A DNA stretch of 63,712 nt, the filler included, from Basidiobolus ranarum (Eukaryota), in the NCBI GenBank assembly GCA_040143965.1. It is 12 parts of 12 records of this genome, joined end to end, with 100 filler letters (N's around TTAATTAATTAA, not from the genome) between each part and the next. Parts side by side here need not be neighbours in the genome. Positions count along the whole stretch, not along the records: positions 10,668 to 15,896 come from JASJQH010008536.1; positions 15,997 to 21,216 come from JASJQH010008537.1; positions 21,317 to 26,536 come from JASJQH010008538.1; 9 more parts are not named here. The stretch is one strand, 5' to 3'. A program made the position numbers and the translations under genes. Positions within the stretch are counted from its first letter, which is position 1, and each line of letters starts with the position of its first letter. Under the pieces are notes generated by a model that was not told the DNA's origin, made no database searches, and was given only the letters and a program-made list of their open reading frames with translations. Below are positions 12,417 through 23,809 of this stretch, piece after piece.

Positions 12417-12516
12417 CTGCTCCTTCAGCCTTCATTTGCTCATTGCCGAGAACACTTCCAGCGGTTTCTTGAATGTAACCAATGGCGTATTTGACGTTAG
12501 CGTTGACTTTATCCAT
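12403..12516 (-). pseudogene. CsbD/Hmp1-like copy 4, 5' 38 codons only
   Basis: MDKVNANVKYAIGYIQETAGSVLGNEQMKAEGAVKQTQ, then the junction with copy 3. Confidence 0.88.
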
Positions 12517-12617
12517 GTTGGCTTGATTGTGGTTCGAGAGAATATTGTTTGTATAAGCATAATTCAAGAATTACTCCTAAATTTCTGTTGCTTTGGTCAA
12601 CAAACACCGATCACGGA

Positions 12618-12634
12618 GTTTCAAGGTGACGAAA
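12618..12634. promoter_or_regulatory. Conserved 17-bp upstream motif GTTTCA(A/G)GGTGACGAAA
   Basis: About 100 bp upstream of the ATGs of copies 4, 7 and 8 (also 14561-14577 in reverse complement and 15741-15757); contains a TGACG half-CRE. Confidence 0.6.
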
Positions 12635-12859
12635 TTCATGCTAACAATGGATTAGAACATTCCTATTTCATTTATGGAACTTTCGTGACGTTACTAACTT
12701 ATGTGATATGGTGATAGTGGCCTCAAATTTCTTATCCAATATTAGGAATTGTCGACGTAATGAAGCTAGTACAATTCATTGATTTATCTCATTATAAATT
12801 GAAGTGAGTTTGGTATTCAGATTTTCAAAATATTTCCAACTCACTACTATCAAATCAAC

Positions 12860-13150
12860 ATGGATAAAGTCAAAGCTAACGTCAAATACGCCACTGGTTA
12901 CGTTCAAGAGACTGCTGGGAGTGTTCTCGGCAATGAGCAAATGAAGGCTGAGGGCGCTGCCAAGCAAGCTCAAGCTGATGCTGAGTACAAGGCTGCCCAG
13001 ACTCAAGGATACGCTCAAGGTGCTGGTGAGAAGCTGAAGGGCGATGTCAAAGACACAGTTGGCTCGGCCATTGGTAACGGGCAGATGCAGGCTGAAGGCA
13101 AGGTAGGAGCTACCAAGGGAGATGTTCGCATGGATACTAACTCCAACTAG
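12860..13150 (+). CDS. CsbD/Hmp1-like copy 5
   Basis: Intact 96-aa ORF; TATAAA at ~12793. Confidence 0.92.
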   Translation: MDKVKANVKYATGYVQETAGSVLGNEQMKAEGAAKQAQADAEYKAAQTQGYAQGAGEKLKGDVKDTVGSAIGNGQMQAEGKVGATKGDVRMDTNSN

Positions 13151-13952
13151 AATGATCAGTAGTGTTCTAATGTACTATTTCAAAGTCATCTCCATGTAAA
13201 TAAACTTACTCTAAATCAAATATGTACATATTATGTTGCTAGATGCTAGTATAGTTGCTAATTCAGGCTAGAAGAATATCTAAACAGCTGTTTATTTCGA
13301 ATTACATATCCAGGTAAGATGAGATTATGAATGATGTAAGAGCATTATTACTGTAATTTCAGCAAATATTCACCATGCTCTACTATATAAAGTCAATATG
13401 TTAGTAATTACTAATTATGCTCAAGATACAGTTAGCATCCTAATCAATGAATAAAGCAACTTGAAGGGGTTGTGATAAGTAGGCCCAAGCAGATGCCCAG
13501 TATAATACATGCCTGACTCAATGAGATGCTCAAAATTCGAACGAAGAATAATGTCTAGTAAGCCGTTAGCTCAGCCATTAGAAAAATACAATGCGTACAA
13601 AATAATCTTTACATTAACACAGTATACAAAATGAAGATATTAGTCACAATCAACGATTCAAAAATCACTAGCAATTTACTCTTGCAAGCCTTTTCTTGTC
13701 CTTTTCAAGCTGATAATGTCACATATCGTGAATTACTTCAAACGAAAGTTCAATATATATTAGTTGATCGTTCCTTAATGTTAATCTATGCCTATAGTTA
13801 CTTTGGTTTTATTATTCATTGAACACATGATATTTGGGGATTAAGAAGGTACACCTCTTAGTCTAATATGATCATGGACTGAGTAGTATTGGAATTAATT
13901 TCTTGTTTTATTTTACATATAACAACTGTCAATGTGTATATTAAAGTTGCGT

Positions 13953-14243
13953 TTAATTGGAGTTGGTATCCATGCGAATATCTCCCTTAGTGGCCCCAAC
14001 CTTGCCTTCAGCTTGCATCTGTTCGTTACCAATGGCTGAACCGACGGTATCCTTGACATTGCCCTTCAACTTCTCGCCAGCACCTTGAGCATATCCTTGA
14101 GCTTGGGCAGCTTTGTATTCAGCATCAGCTTGAGCTTGCTTAGCGGCACCTTCAGCCTTCATTTGTTCATTGCCGAGAACACTTCCAGCAGTCTCTTGAA
14201 CGTAACCAGTAACGTATTTGACGTTAGCGTTGACTTTATCCAT
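13953..14243 (-). CDS. CsbD/Hmp1-like copy 6
   Basis: Intact 96 aa from the homologous ATG at 14243; the longer ORF call runs through the promoter. Confidence 0.92.
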   Translation of the reverse strand: MDKVNANVKYVTGYVQETAGSVLGNEQMKAEGAAKQAQADAEYKAAQAQGYAQGAGEKLKGNVKDTVGSAIGNEQMQAEGKVGATKGDIRMDTNSN

Positions 14244-14675
14244 GTTGAGTTGATTGTAGTATGAGTTGGAGATATTTTGAATATATAATGAACAGACCCG
14301 CCTCTTTATATAATGAGACGCATCATCAAACTTGTTCTGGTTCTTACTACGTCGACAATTCTTAATACCAAATAACAAATATGAGGTCATTATTCATCAG
14401 TTACATCACTATATTATTGGTCAAAAATGAATTTTCTGAAGTCATAATTGTGTATTGATCCCAAAAAAGATACTATAATCCATCGTAGCATAAATGGGTT
14501 AATAGTGTCAGTGAAATCCCATCAAGAGAATAGAAGTTTGTGAATTAATCTTAGCTTGGGTTTCGTCACCTTGAAACTTGGTGATCAATGTTTGTAGGCT
14601 AACATACTATAAAAGTGGGTATGTGTCCTAGTTTGTGTACAAGCAATTTTCACTCTAATTTCAAATCAACTCAAT

Positions 14676-14966
14676 ATGGATAAAGTCAACGCTAACGTCA
14701 AGTATGCCACTGGTTACGTTCAAGAAACCGCTGGAAGTGTTCTCGGTAATGAACAAATGAAGGCTGAAGGTGCCGCCAAGCAAGCCCAAGCTGATGCTGA
14801 GTACAAGGCTGCCCAAGCTGAGGGATATGCTCAAGGTGCTGGTGAGAAACTGAAGGGCAATGTCAAAGACACCGTTGGCTCAGCCATTGGCAACGAGCAG
14901 ATGCAAGCTGAAGGCAAGGTTGGAGCCACTAAAGGAGATGTTCGCATGGATGCCAATTCCAATTAA
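14676..14966 (+). CDS. CsbD/Hmp1-like copy 7
   Basis: Intact 96-aa ORF; TATAAAA at ~14608. Confidence 0.92.
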   Translation: MDKVNANVKYATGYVQETAGSVLGNEQMKAEGAAKQAQADAEYKAAQAEGYAQGAGEKLKGNVKDTVGSAIGNEQMQAEGKVGATKGDVRMDANSN

Positions 14967-15351
14967 ACGCAACTTAAATGTACAAATCTATTTCCCATCA
15001 CTTTGTGTATAAAATGAAATAAATTTTTATCAAGAAATAACTGTAGCTATAGCCATTAAAGAAGGCATGAAAGTCAATTCCAATTGAAATGACTTCGAAT
15101 TTTCTAATGAGCAGTTCTGAGAATAAAACTACTAAATTATATTGCGCTTCACATTAAAATTTTAATCAACATGAACTTGTCAGCAAACAGAGACTCTAAG
15201 GTTGTTGAACGATGACAGATACTCTTGGTCTAAGAGTATTTCACATTTTATACACAGTGACTATTTGGTACAGTAATATTGGTATAATTGTTTTTATTAT
15301 TTTACATATGGTGATTGTGGTAGGGAACCGATGTGTACATTAAAGTGGTAT

Positions 15352-15642
15352 TTAATTGGAATTGGCATCCATGCGAATATCTCCTTTAGTGGCTCCAACC
15401 TTACCTTCAGCTTGCATCTGTTCGTTACCAATGGCTGAACCGACGGTATCCTTGACATTGCCCTTCAACTTCTCGCCAGCACCTTGGGCATATCCTTGAG
15501 CTTGGGCAGCCTTGTACTCGGCATCAGCTTGAGCTTGCTTGGCGGCGCCCTCAGCCTTCATTTGTTCGTTACCGAGAACACTTCCAGCGGTTTCTTGAAC
15601 ATAACCAGTAGCGTATTTGACGTTGGCGTTGACTTTATCCAT
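15352..15642 (-). CDS. CsbD/Hmp1-like copy 8
   Basis: Intact 96-aa ORF; TATAAAA on the minus strand at ~15705-15711. Confidence 0.92.
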   Translation of the reverse strand: MDKVNANVKYATGYVQETAGSVLGNEQMKAEGAAKQAQADAEYKAAQAQGYAQGAGEKLKGNVKDTVGSAIGNEQMQAEGKVGATKGDIRMDANSN

Positions 15643-15996
15643 GTTGAGTTGATTGTAATCTGAGTGATAGTTGTTTATACCTTAAACTAGGAAGCCTACC
15701 TAGTTTTATAGTTTATTGGTCAACAAATATGGAGTTCGAAGTTTCAGGGTGACGAAATCCAAGCTAACAATAGTTTACAAATTCCTATTCCATTAATGGA
15801 ATTTATCGGCCGTTAACTAAATCATTTATTCCACGCCAATGGATAATAATATCTTTTTTGGGATGAATACATAATCATGACCTCAGATTTATTATCNNNN
15901 NNNNNNNNNNNNNNNNNNNNNNNNNNNNNNNNNNNNNNNNTTAATTAATTAANNNNNNNNNNNNNNNNNNNNNNNNNNNNNNNNNNNNNNNNNNNN

Positions 15997-16035
15997 ATAA
16001 GGTCGAAGTCAGTGGTTCGAGCCCACTTAATCCTA
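15997..16035 (+). tRNA. 3' half of a tRNA with NAT anticodon (Ile/Met), organellar/bacterial-like, cut by contig start
   Basis: (N)ATAA-GGTCG-AAGTC, perfect T arm AGTGG-TTCGAGC-CCACT, 7-nt acceptor strand TAATCCT plus A. Confidence 0.65.
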
Positions 16036-16533
16036 CATAGCCGAAGCACGGCCACCAAGCACACCCCAAAATGCGAACCCCCATAAACCGGGTGAGGATT
16101 CATGGATGGGTGTATTTGAGTTAGTCTCGTGGGGAGATGGTGTCAAAGTAGGATGAGTAGGCTCATCATGAGCTATCGTAGTTGGAGTTGAATGTAGAGT
16201 AGAAGTTGGGATTAGGTCTGGAGTATGGGTTGGAGTTGGAGTCGGATCTGGAGTAGGAGTATGGGTTGGAGTTGGAGTTGGAGTTGGGTCTGGAGTAGGA
16301 GTATGGGTTGGAGTTGACTCAATAATATGCTTGCTACTAGAAACATCGTCAATGTGAGTGACGGAGCTATTCGAGTCTTTATCGTGACCAGAAGTATCAC
16401 TATTACTGTCGACTGGGTCGTTCGCTAGTTTCATAACCAACACTCCAGAAGACACCTGAACTTTAGGATAGGCTAACAGACAATTGCCGAGTAGGAGAAA
16501 TGCGAGGAGAAAATACAACTGGCGGCATAGCAT
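16033..16533 (-). CDS. Secreted Pro/Thr-repeat (mucin/linker-like) protein, probably 3'-truncated
   Basis: Signal peptide MLCRQLYFLLAFLLLGNCLLA; TPTHTPTPDPTPT repeats. Confidence 0.7.
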   Translation of the reverse strand: MLCRQLYFLLAFLLLGNCLLAYPKVQVSSGVLVMKLANDPVDSNSDTSGHDKDSNSSVTHIDDVSSSKHIIESTPTHTPTPDPTPTPTPTHTPTPDPTPTPTHTPDLIPTSTLHSTPTTIAHDEPTHPTLTPSPHETNSNTPIHESSPGLWGFAFWGVLGGRASAM

Positions 16534-18415
16534 TGTGAACAAACAAATTACTTGATCAACCAACTTTGGTGTTACAAGAGTTGGAAATGAAAGTATCCAA
16601 GCACTCGCGTTTGAACCAAGATCAAAAAGTTATGTACAGAAATGCTATATAAACAACTAATGAAGGACAGGTAACGAGAAAAAAATTGGTCTTAACAAAG
16701 TACGCCTCAAAGTTTCGAATTCCATCAGAAATAAAAGTACTTATTGGGATCGACAGTGCAACTAGTTGCCTTATTTACAGTCTTCAGCTGATATTTTTGA
16801 CAATTTCGAAGCGAGACAGCGTATACAATTAACCAAATACCGACTATCTCCAAACGACTCGGCAATAGATCGTCACAAATCAGGAGCGAAGAAATTTCTA
16901 TATGCTCAATTGGGATTTGGTAATAGACACTTCCTCTTAGCTTGGAGAAGAGATAACCCTTAGATTGCACAAATCTATTTAAATAAATTTTAGAATGGGC
17001 AAATCTATTTAAAGTTCGTTCCCAGATACAGTATATGGATATCCATACTTCAACTGTTGCTGTGGAAATGACCAGCCTTTGTAGTTGTTGTGCGGTTGTT
17101 GTGCGGTTGTAAGCGGGGCCATTTTGGCAAGGTTTAGAAGAATCCTTCAATACTGATGACTGGCAGCATCGGCTGAGAACGTCACAAAATTCTTAACACC
17201 AACCTCTATTGAAGATGACACTTTACTTTCTAAAAACTCGTGTCCAGATTGAAGTCAAGAGCATGTGGATATAAACAAGCACCACATATTTCTACGTTCA
17301 AACCACCAGCGTTTCATCTAGGTGGCATCGAGTTTGTACTCAACTTGGGCTTACATAAACATGACTCTGTTTAGCTAATGTTGCATCAAGAATAGATTCA
17401 GATATTAAAAACGTTTGTGTTAGCTATGGTTACTATCTGATTTGATTGGTGATAGATTTGCCATATGACACGTGATTTTGAGTTACGTATGACCTCACGA
17501 GTATAGCACAATAGATCAAGCGCCAGTGGAATTCGAATTCCAGGTAGCACAACGAAGTTACTTTTTGATTCAAATTCACAAATCAACCAGGATAACAAAT
17601 CACGCGTAAGTATCGATCATTCTATTTCCAGAAACTCTATGGATTAATACTTTCGTCGGGGGAGGGCTGCTCACCCTGTTTTCTGTGATTCTAACCCATT
17701 GAAATAACCTTATGCGGTTAGACTGGTCACGATAACGATGCGACTGATTTAAAGCCTAGATAACGGCCCCATTCTAGACTTCGGGCAGTAATGAAATGCT
17801 CTATGTTAATCATTTATCCAACTTGCCAATTGAGTCTTGGGTAGGCTAATAATACCACCAAGAATGCCGTCTGAATAAGAAGTGGATCTGTGAATGCTAG
17901 TCATGCCAGCAGTCATACAAGTCCGACCATTGCGGTTCAGATTTCCAGCTCTTGGCATACATTGGTGTAATGGAGTACTGGATTAATACTGGACAAATCT
18001 TGATGGAATTCTATTCTCCTTTATCTTACGGCGCATTTAATGATCAACTGGATCGTAACCGTCGCAAAGTTCGTATTGCTTTCCTATTTTAATCTTTACA
18101 TTTTATACATGTCAACGAATAGCCTTACTCCGATTTCACAAGTGATCTTTCTTGTGAACTATAAGTGAACAGAGCGGAATTCATTTTTTTAAACCTGTTT
18201 GTGTTGTACTTTTATTGCCATCCATTTAATACGTTGCTACTTATCCCACAGAACAGAAACGTAGCTTACGAACTGTAGAGTATCCTATAAACATTAGCAA
18301 GACATAGTTGGGATTCGCAAAACCAATTCGCAATATAGAGCATAGCGATATTTTTACTCCCAATACTTGAGTGTATTTTATTTCAACTAAGTAACACATA
18401 CCCTGTAAGACTCTA

Positions 18416-21216
18416 ATGCCGGACAGTCCTAGTTCCTCTAACAAGCACTTCTTACCCGAGTCAAAAGGTATATTGAGCTTGATGTACAAGTGTATCAAGT
18501 GAATTTCAAACTAATTTCACATCACCTGTTATAGAGAGCAATGAGACGAACTCATCTACCAGTATAGCCATCTCCCCGGACAATAAATACTACAATCACG
18601 ACACTACACGGAAAAGTTATCAGCTTCGCGCCTTAGTAAGTGATACTTCTGACGAATATCCCCAATAGCTATCACTTATACTTTGAACTCTCCAACTAGG
18701 GCAGAAAAACGGTTTCTTACCAGAAAAGACAATGGTTTGTGAATATCTGCTGTTTAAGGTATTTAAAAGGATTTAATTTACTGAATGTGGTGGGAATCTT
18801 TCGTTGTTCTTACTCTGTCCTTTTTGTTGTCAATAGTATTTGCCCTTTCATGATGGTAGCCATTGGAGGGATTTTAGGAATAGTAGTGACTAATCTCATT
18901 CAAAAAAACTCCCCTCCTCCCACTGGTTTGTGATTGTCTCATTTCAATCAATCTTATATGAGTCGCATTACTAAGATCTGTTTTTTGATAGAATATTTGA
19001 TGTGTTCCTCGGCCGATGCTTCCAATGAATACGGATTCCCTAACCCATTGACTAATCTACCTGGTTTACCACCTAGTGAAGTTCCAAATGCCAAATTTTC
19101 GAGTCCAGTGATTGAATTGAATGTATTTGTTGCTGGGGCTGGATACGACGCTTTTAATGATATATCTTCTGATAGCCTTCAAACTTGCACATTCTGGTTT
19201 GAGCATAATTATCCCTACAGAATGCCTTATGAGCCTGATCCCGGAGTCAGCATAGATCGCCGTAAAGACACGACCTTTAAACCGAGTCCTAAAGGTGGCT
19301 GGTTTGGCCCATCGTTATTAAGCGATCCGCTGGTGCTCGGCTCATTGCAAACGTTACCCTGGACCTTGGTCCTCGATAAACCAGGGGTTAGCTCCGGGCA
19401 AAAAAGAATGCGCTCTCCAGTCAGTAATATCATGGATATAAGAAATAGAAACGCGAATGATAGTGGACTACTTGGATCTATGGAAACCAATTATTTTCTG
19501 AACTTTGGTACAATGAAAGAGATCCCTAAGGAGTTGCCCAATAATGAAGCAGAATTGCTAAGCATATGGGAAAATGGGGGCCTACCTAGTATTCTGGAAG
19601 TGCCGTATTTCGATAAAGGGTTCACAACTAAAGACGATATAGATGATGAGCTTTCTCGTAACATACGTAGCACTTTAAGCTTAATTAATGATATTGTCTA
19701 TCCAAAAGACATCAATGCTTTGCCCGATTATTACAAGAAAATAGTGAATGTATACCGGAAGCTCCCATGGGGATCAATGCTATTTGACGAAGTCAGTCCA
19801 AACGATCTAAAGTGGGATTATACTTTACAAACTGGAACGAATAAGCGAATCAGCAAAGCAGTATCAACTTATCCCAAGCGTGGGTTAAGAAACATCGCCC
19901 TACAATCTAAACTTAGCAATGCATTTTTGAAGAGTTCACCGCAAGGCGCGGATGCAATGATTAGCCACGGCTTTCGAGTGATGCCCCAGCTCATCTCAAC
20001 TGAGATAAATGTTCCCATAGGCAGTCTCATTGGAGGGATCTTGTATCCATTTGGAATCTCTTTCCTCATTCCAATCTTCGTTCTAATTCTGGTTAAAGAG
20101 AAGGAAGATAGAATTTTGGTTATGATGAGAATGAATGGTCTAAGCCCACGTGCTTATTATTTGGCGCATTATGTACATTTCTACATACTTCATATCATTT
20201 CATCCATCGTCTTTGTAATCACCGGGGTGGGTTTCCAAATGTCCATCTTCACCGCAACCTCTCCATTTGTCTATATCTTTTTGTTGTTTATATGGGGACA
20301 CGCGCAAATTGCCCTTGCCTTTCTGTTGAGTGCATTCTTTGGAAAGACTCGTACCGCACTGGTCACCAGCTTTTTGATTGTTTTATGTGGAGTCATCTGT
20401 AACCTTGGATTTGAAGTGATTTTCAATGGAGATGCTCCAATGGGTTATTACTTCTGGCTACCATTCGCTTTCTATCATGGTCTTCATGTGATTAATATGG
20501 CAAGTATTGATCCTTTGGCTAGGCCATATACGTTGGTAAACATGCTATATCCCGGTGAGCTAGCGAAAGCACTTATTGCCCTAGGAGTAGGTACGATCAT
20601 ATATTTAATGATCGCTTTCTATTTGATAATGGTCTTGCCAAGCGCCTATGGAGTTAGAAAACCGTGGTACTTTTTATTTACCTGGTTATTCAGAAGATCG
20701 AATAAGAAGAGTTTACGTGATGAGAATTTACCACAGAGCTTGAAACCAGAAGATAAGGAGCTTTTGTTCGAAGATGATGATGTTCGTTCGGAAAGAGACA
20801 GAGTATTAAGGGGAGATTATGAACCTAAATCCCCATTGGTGATGAAAAACATGCGAAAGATTTATGCTGGTAATAAGATTGCAGTCAAGAATGTTACCTT
20901 CACCGTTGAACCAAATATCGTATTTGGATTATTGGGACCTAATGGCGCCGGCAAAACCACTTTAATCAGTATTTTGACGGGTCTTTATCAACCTACCTCT
21001 GGTCAGGCTTTCTTGGGTGGATTCGATGTAAATACTGAGATGAAACAAGTTTACTTGAACACCGGTGTCTGTCCACAACATGATATCCTATGGGAAGATC
21101 TTACAGTGGAAGAACATTTACTTTACTATGCTCGTCTCAAAGGAGTGAAGCCATCGGAAGAAAAAAGCATGGTAGAAAAGGCATTAACGAATGTGTCTTT
21201 ACATAAATTTAAAAAT
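18416..21216 (+). CDS. ABCA-subfamily ABC transporter, 3'-truncated by contig end
   Basis: Exons 18416-18467, 18535-18635, 18700-18758, 18837-18925, 18992-21216 with in-phase GT-AG introns; LVKEKEDR..MRMNGL, Walker A GPNGAGKTT, GVCPQHDILWEDLTVEEHL. Confidence 0.93.
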
Positions 21217-23461
21217 NNNNNNNNNNNNNNNNNNNNNNNNNNNNNNNNNNNNNNNNNNNNTTAATTAATTAANNNNNNNNNNNNNNNNNNNNNNNNNNNN
21301 NNNNNNNNNNNNNNNNGTCAATTATGCAACCTTCAATAACTTTCCCAACACCTTCATAAAACAATGAGAATTTAGAGTTCTTTACTCACACTGTAAAGTT
21401 GGCTATCTTCAATACAATTTTTGCAATGGGTTTACTGGCTCATAACATGTGTTGGACCGTTATAACGCACTCGGGCTGAGATAGTATTCCTGTTGCGATA
21501 ACTTTTTGATCTGCCTATTTACATACACTTTTTGTTCAGTCGCACTCAGTACAGAAATCCGCTATATCAATTCTGTAATGGGTTGAGGTGATTAAATGTC
21601 CAATTGAAGAAGCGTACGAGTGAAATAGAATTACCACGACTTTCCTTAATTCATATGTTTTACTGATTGGTGTAGGAAGGCTTAAGATTGCTGTAGAGCC
21701 AGCTAAGGCAAGCTCACCGCTTCCCCCAATCTGAGGGCTTTGGTATGCTCCCGAGCCAACAGGTTACGAACGGGCTAAGGTTACAGAGAGCATTAAGGCC
21801 AATTAAGTTGGTGATGGTAGACACTATGAGAAATCAAAATGGAAAGGATATTTCATCTCACAAGAGCTTCGGGCTTTCTGAGTCAGTGTGCATATTTCAT
21901 AGATGCCACTGATCTTCAAAAGTGGTTTTCGTACAACCCCACACAATAATAGTAATCATGTTAAAGTTCCAAATGAGGACATTCATTTTAAACAATGGAT
22001 GCATGGCGAAATTAAGCTATTTTAACTAGCATAATGCTTATCCCTGTATTGCAAACATTTTATCCTGTAATTGTATTGTAGCGGCGACCATAAGGCTCGG
22101 AGAAGAATGTGGCATGATGTTTCATGGGGGGGGGGATAAATACCACCACTCACTATTTCAAGTCATAGTCTAGAATTTGTTCTTGAAATCTAATAGAAAA
22201 ATGAAAAGAAAGAGGAACTATCCTAAATCCTGTTTTTACGGTAGAGGGCTTTGTATGAATCAGTATATTTCGGAAGCCTGGGTTCTTTGTGTGAGAAAGC
22301 CTAAGTGACTTGAAATTTAAATTAAAGTTAGGTGTACTGGATATATATATATGATAGTATTCATCAGTAAATATTAGTTAGAAGTGCGAACATGTTGTCA
22401 TTTCATATAACTAGAGGTATTTGAGTTTCCTGTGACACAGAATATTACCTCTCTAATCGGAACAGAGGTCGACATTTCTGATGACTTGCAAAGATTCCTC
22501 TATTTTGGCTGAGAGTAAGAAATTCAGTAAGCAACGTTTCAGCTTAAGTATGATATCACCACTGCTGTAGCACACTAAAAAGTAGACTAAATGAATTCTT
22601 TTGGTATAAATCAGCAACTTGCAAAATTAAATGCTCACCGCACGAAATAATCGCCTTCATTGACATATCATATAATCTTGTAATGAAATTGAATTGTTGG
22701 TTGTGAACATTAAATGGAAACCACTTTCAATTTTACCTCTGATTCAGTAAAAATCCCCGTTAATTGCATTTATCTACCTACCTTAGCTGCAAATAATATT
22801 TGCTTGGAGTGAATCACTCAGAGTTATACCTTCCTTGGTACTTTCCTGATTTTAACTGCAAGAGCAGCCTTTCCAGCAGGCAGTGTACTTCGATCTTTAA
22901 GTTCAAGAATTCATTGGTATGCATATAGTTAAGTCTTTCCGGTAAAGTAATGTAGTGAATAATACCTCTCCATTGATTTGGTATTAGTTAATTTGCAGGA
23001 ACATTGGTAGATATCCACCTCAAGATTCTCTTCTACTGGTGATTCTTCTGGTTCAGATGTCATATTCAAAGAAATATTAACAGCATGATGGATTTCTCAA
23101 GGAAGGGCAGGTGTTATAATCAGCACAATTAATGCTCTGACTACAGTTTTAAAAAGCATGTTGGTAGCAAGCTTCATTTAGCCTTGAGTTTATAGTCAAT
23201 ATGTTATGGATTTGCCTTCTCTTAATTTGCCAACATTTTTGCTCACTGTAATTTAGTAAGTCACATAATATCTCATTTTGTAGATGTTAGTAAATACTAG
23301 ACATGAGAAAGAAAGCTATAACAAAAATGTCATAATCCTTGAGATACATCAGGCTGGTAGTGAGAAACTAGTATTTATTGCAATACACACTGAACCAAAA
23401 GGTGCAGTTTGCTTTATTTATACTTATCTCTAGCAAAGAGAATTAGTTAGCACTAAAACAA

Positions 23462-23809
23462 TGGCAAAGTATTTAGGAGCCTGTTGGAAGTGGTTTGGAG
23501 AATTAGAGAAATCAGTGGTTTTCATTTGTTGATGTATTGAGTAGAAAGTTGACATTTATAGTTTTATCAAGATATAATCAAACTAACATGTAGAATATGT
23601 TAAGGAAGGTCACAGGATTATGTGTGCAGAGATTAGGGCTTCTAGCATAAGTTTAAAGAGTCTATACATCTGAGAACTTCTAAGTTGGTACAAATATTGT
23701 AAGTAAATTCCAATTGAGAATAATGGATAACATGTCAGTAAAAAATAAGATAACTAAGTACAAAGCTATATACAACTCTATAGGTGTTTAGGCAATCCTA
23801 ATTTCAACA
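23462..23809 (-). repeat. Copia LTR family A solo LTR (~348 bp)
   Basis: Starts TGTTGAAATT on the minus strand; colinear with 60807-61140. Confidence 0.85.

Noticed and set aside
10679-13018. Antisense ORFs MSVSLSLSSLVL... (10679, 12060, 12403, 12776)
   Set aside because: Shadows of the CsbD-like genes.
14561-14577. CsbD promoter motif as a heat-shock element linked to the HSF-like genes
   Set aside because: The TTC-GAA spacing does not fit the 5-bp nGAAn periodicity, and the loci are unlinked.
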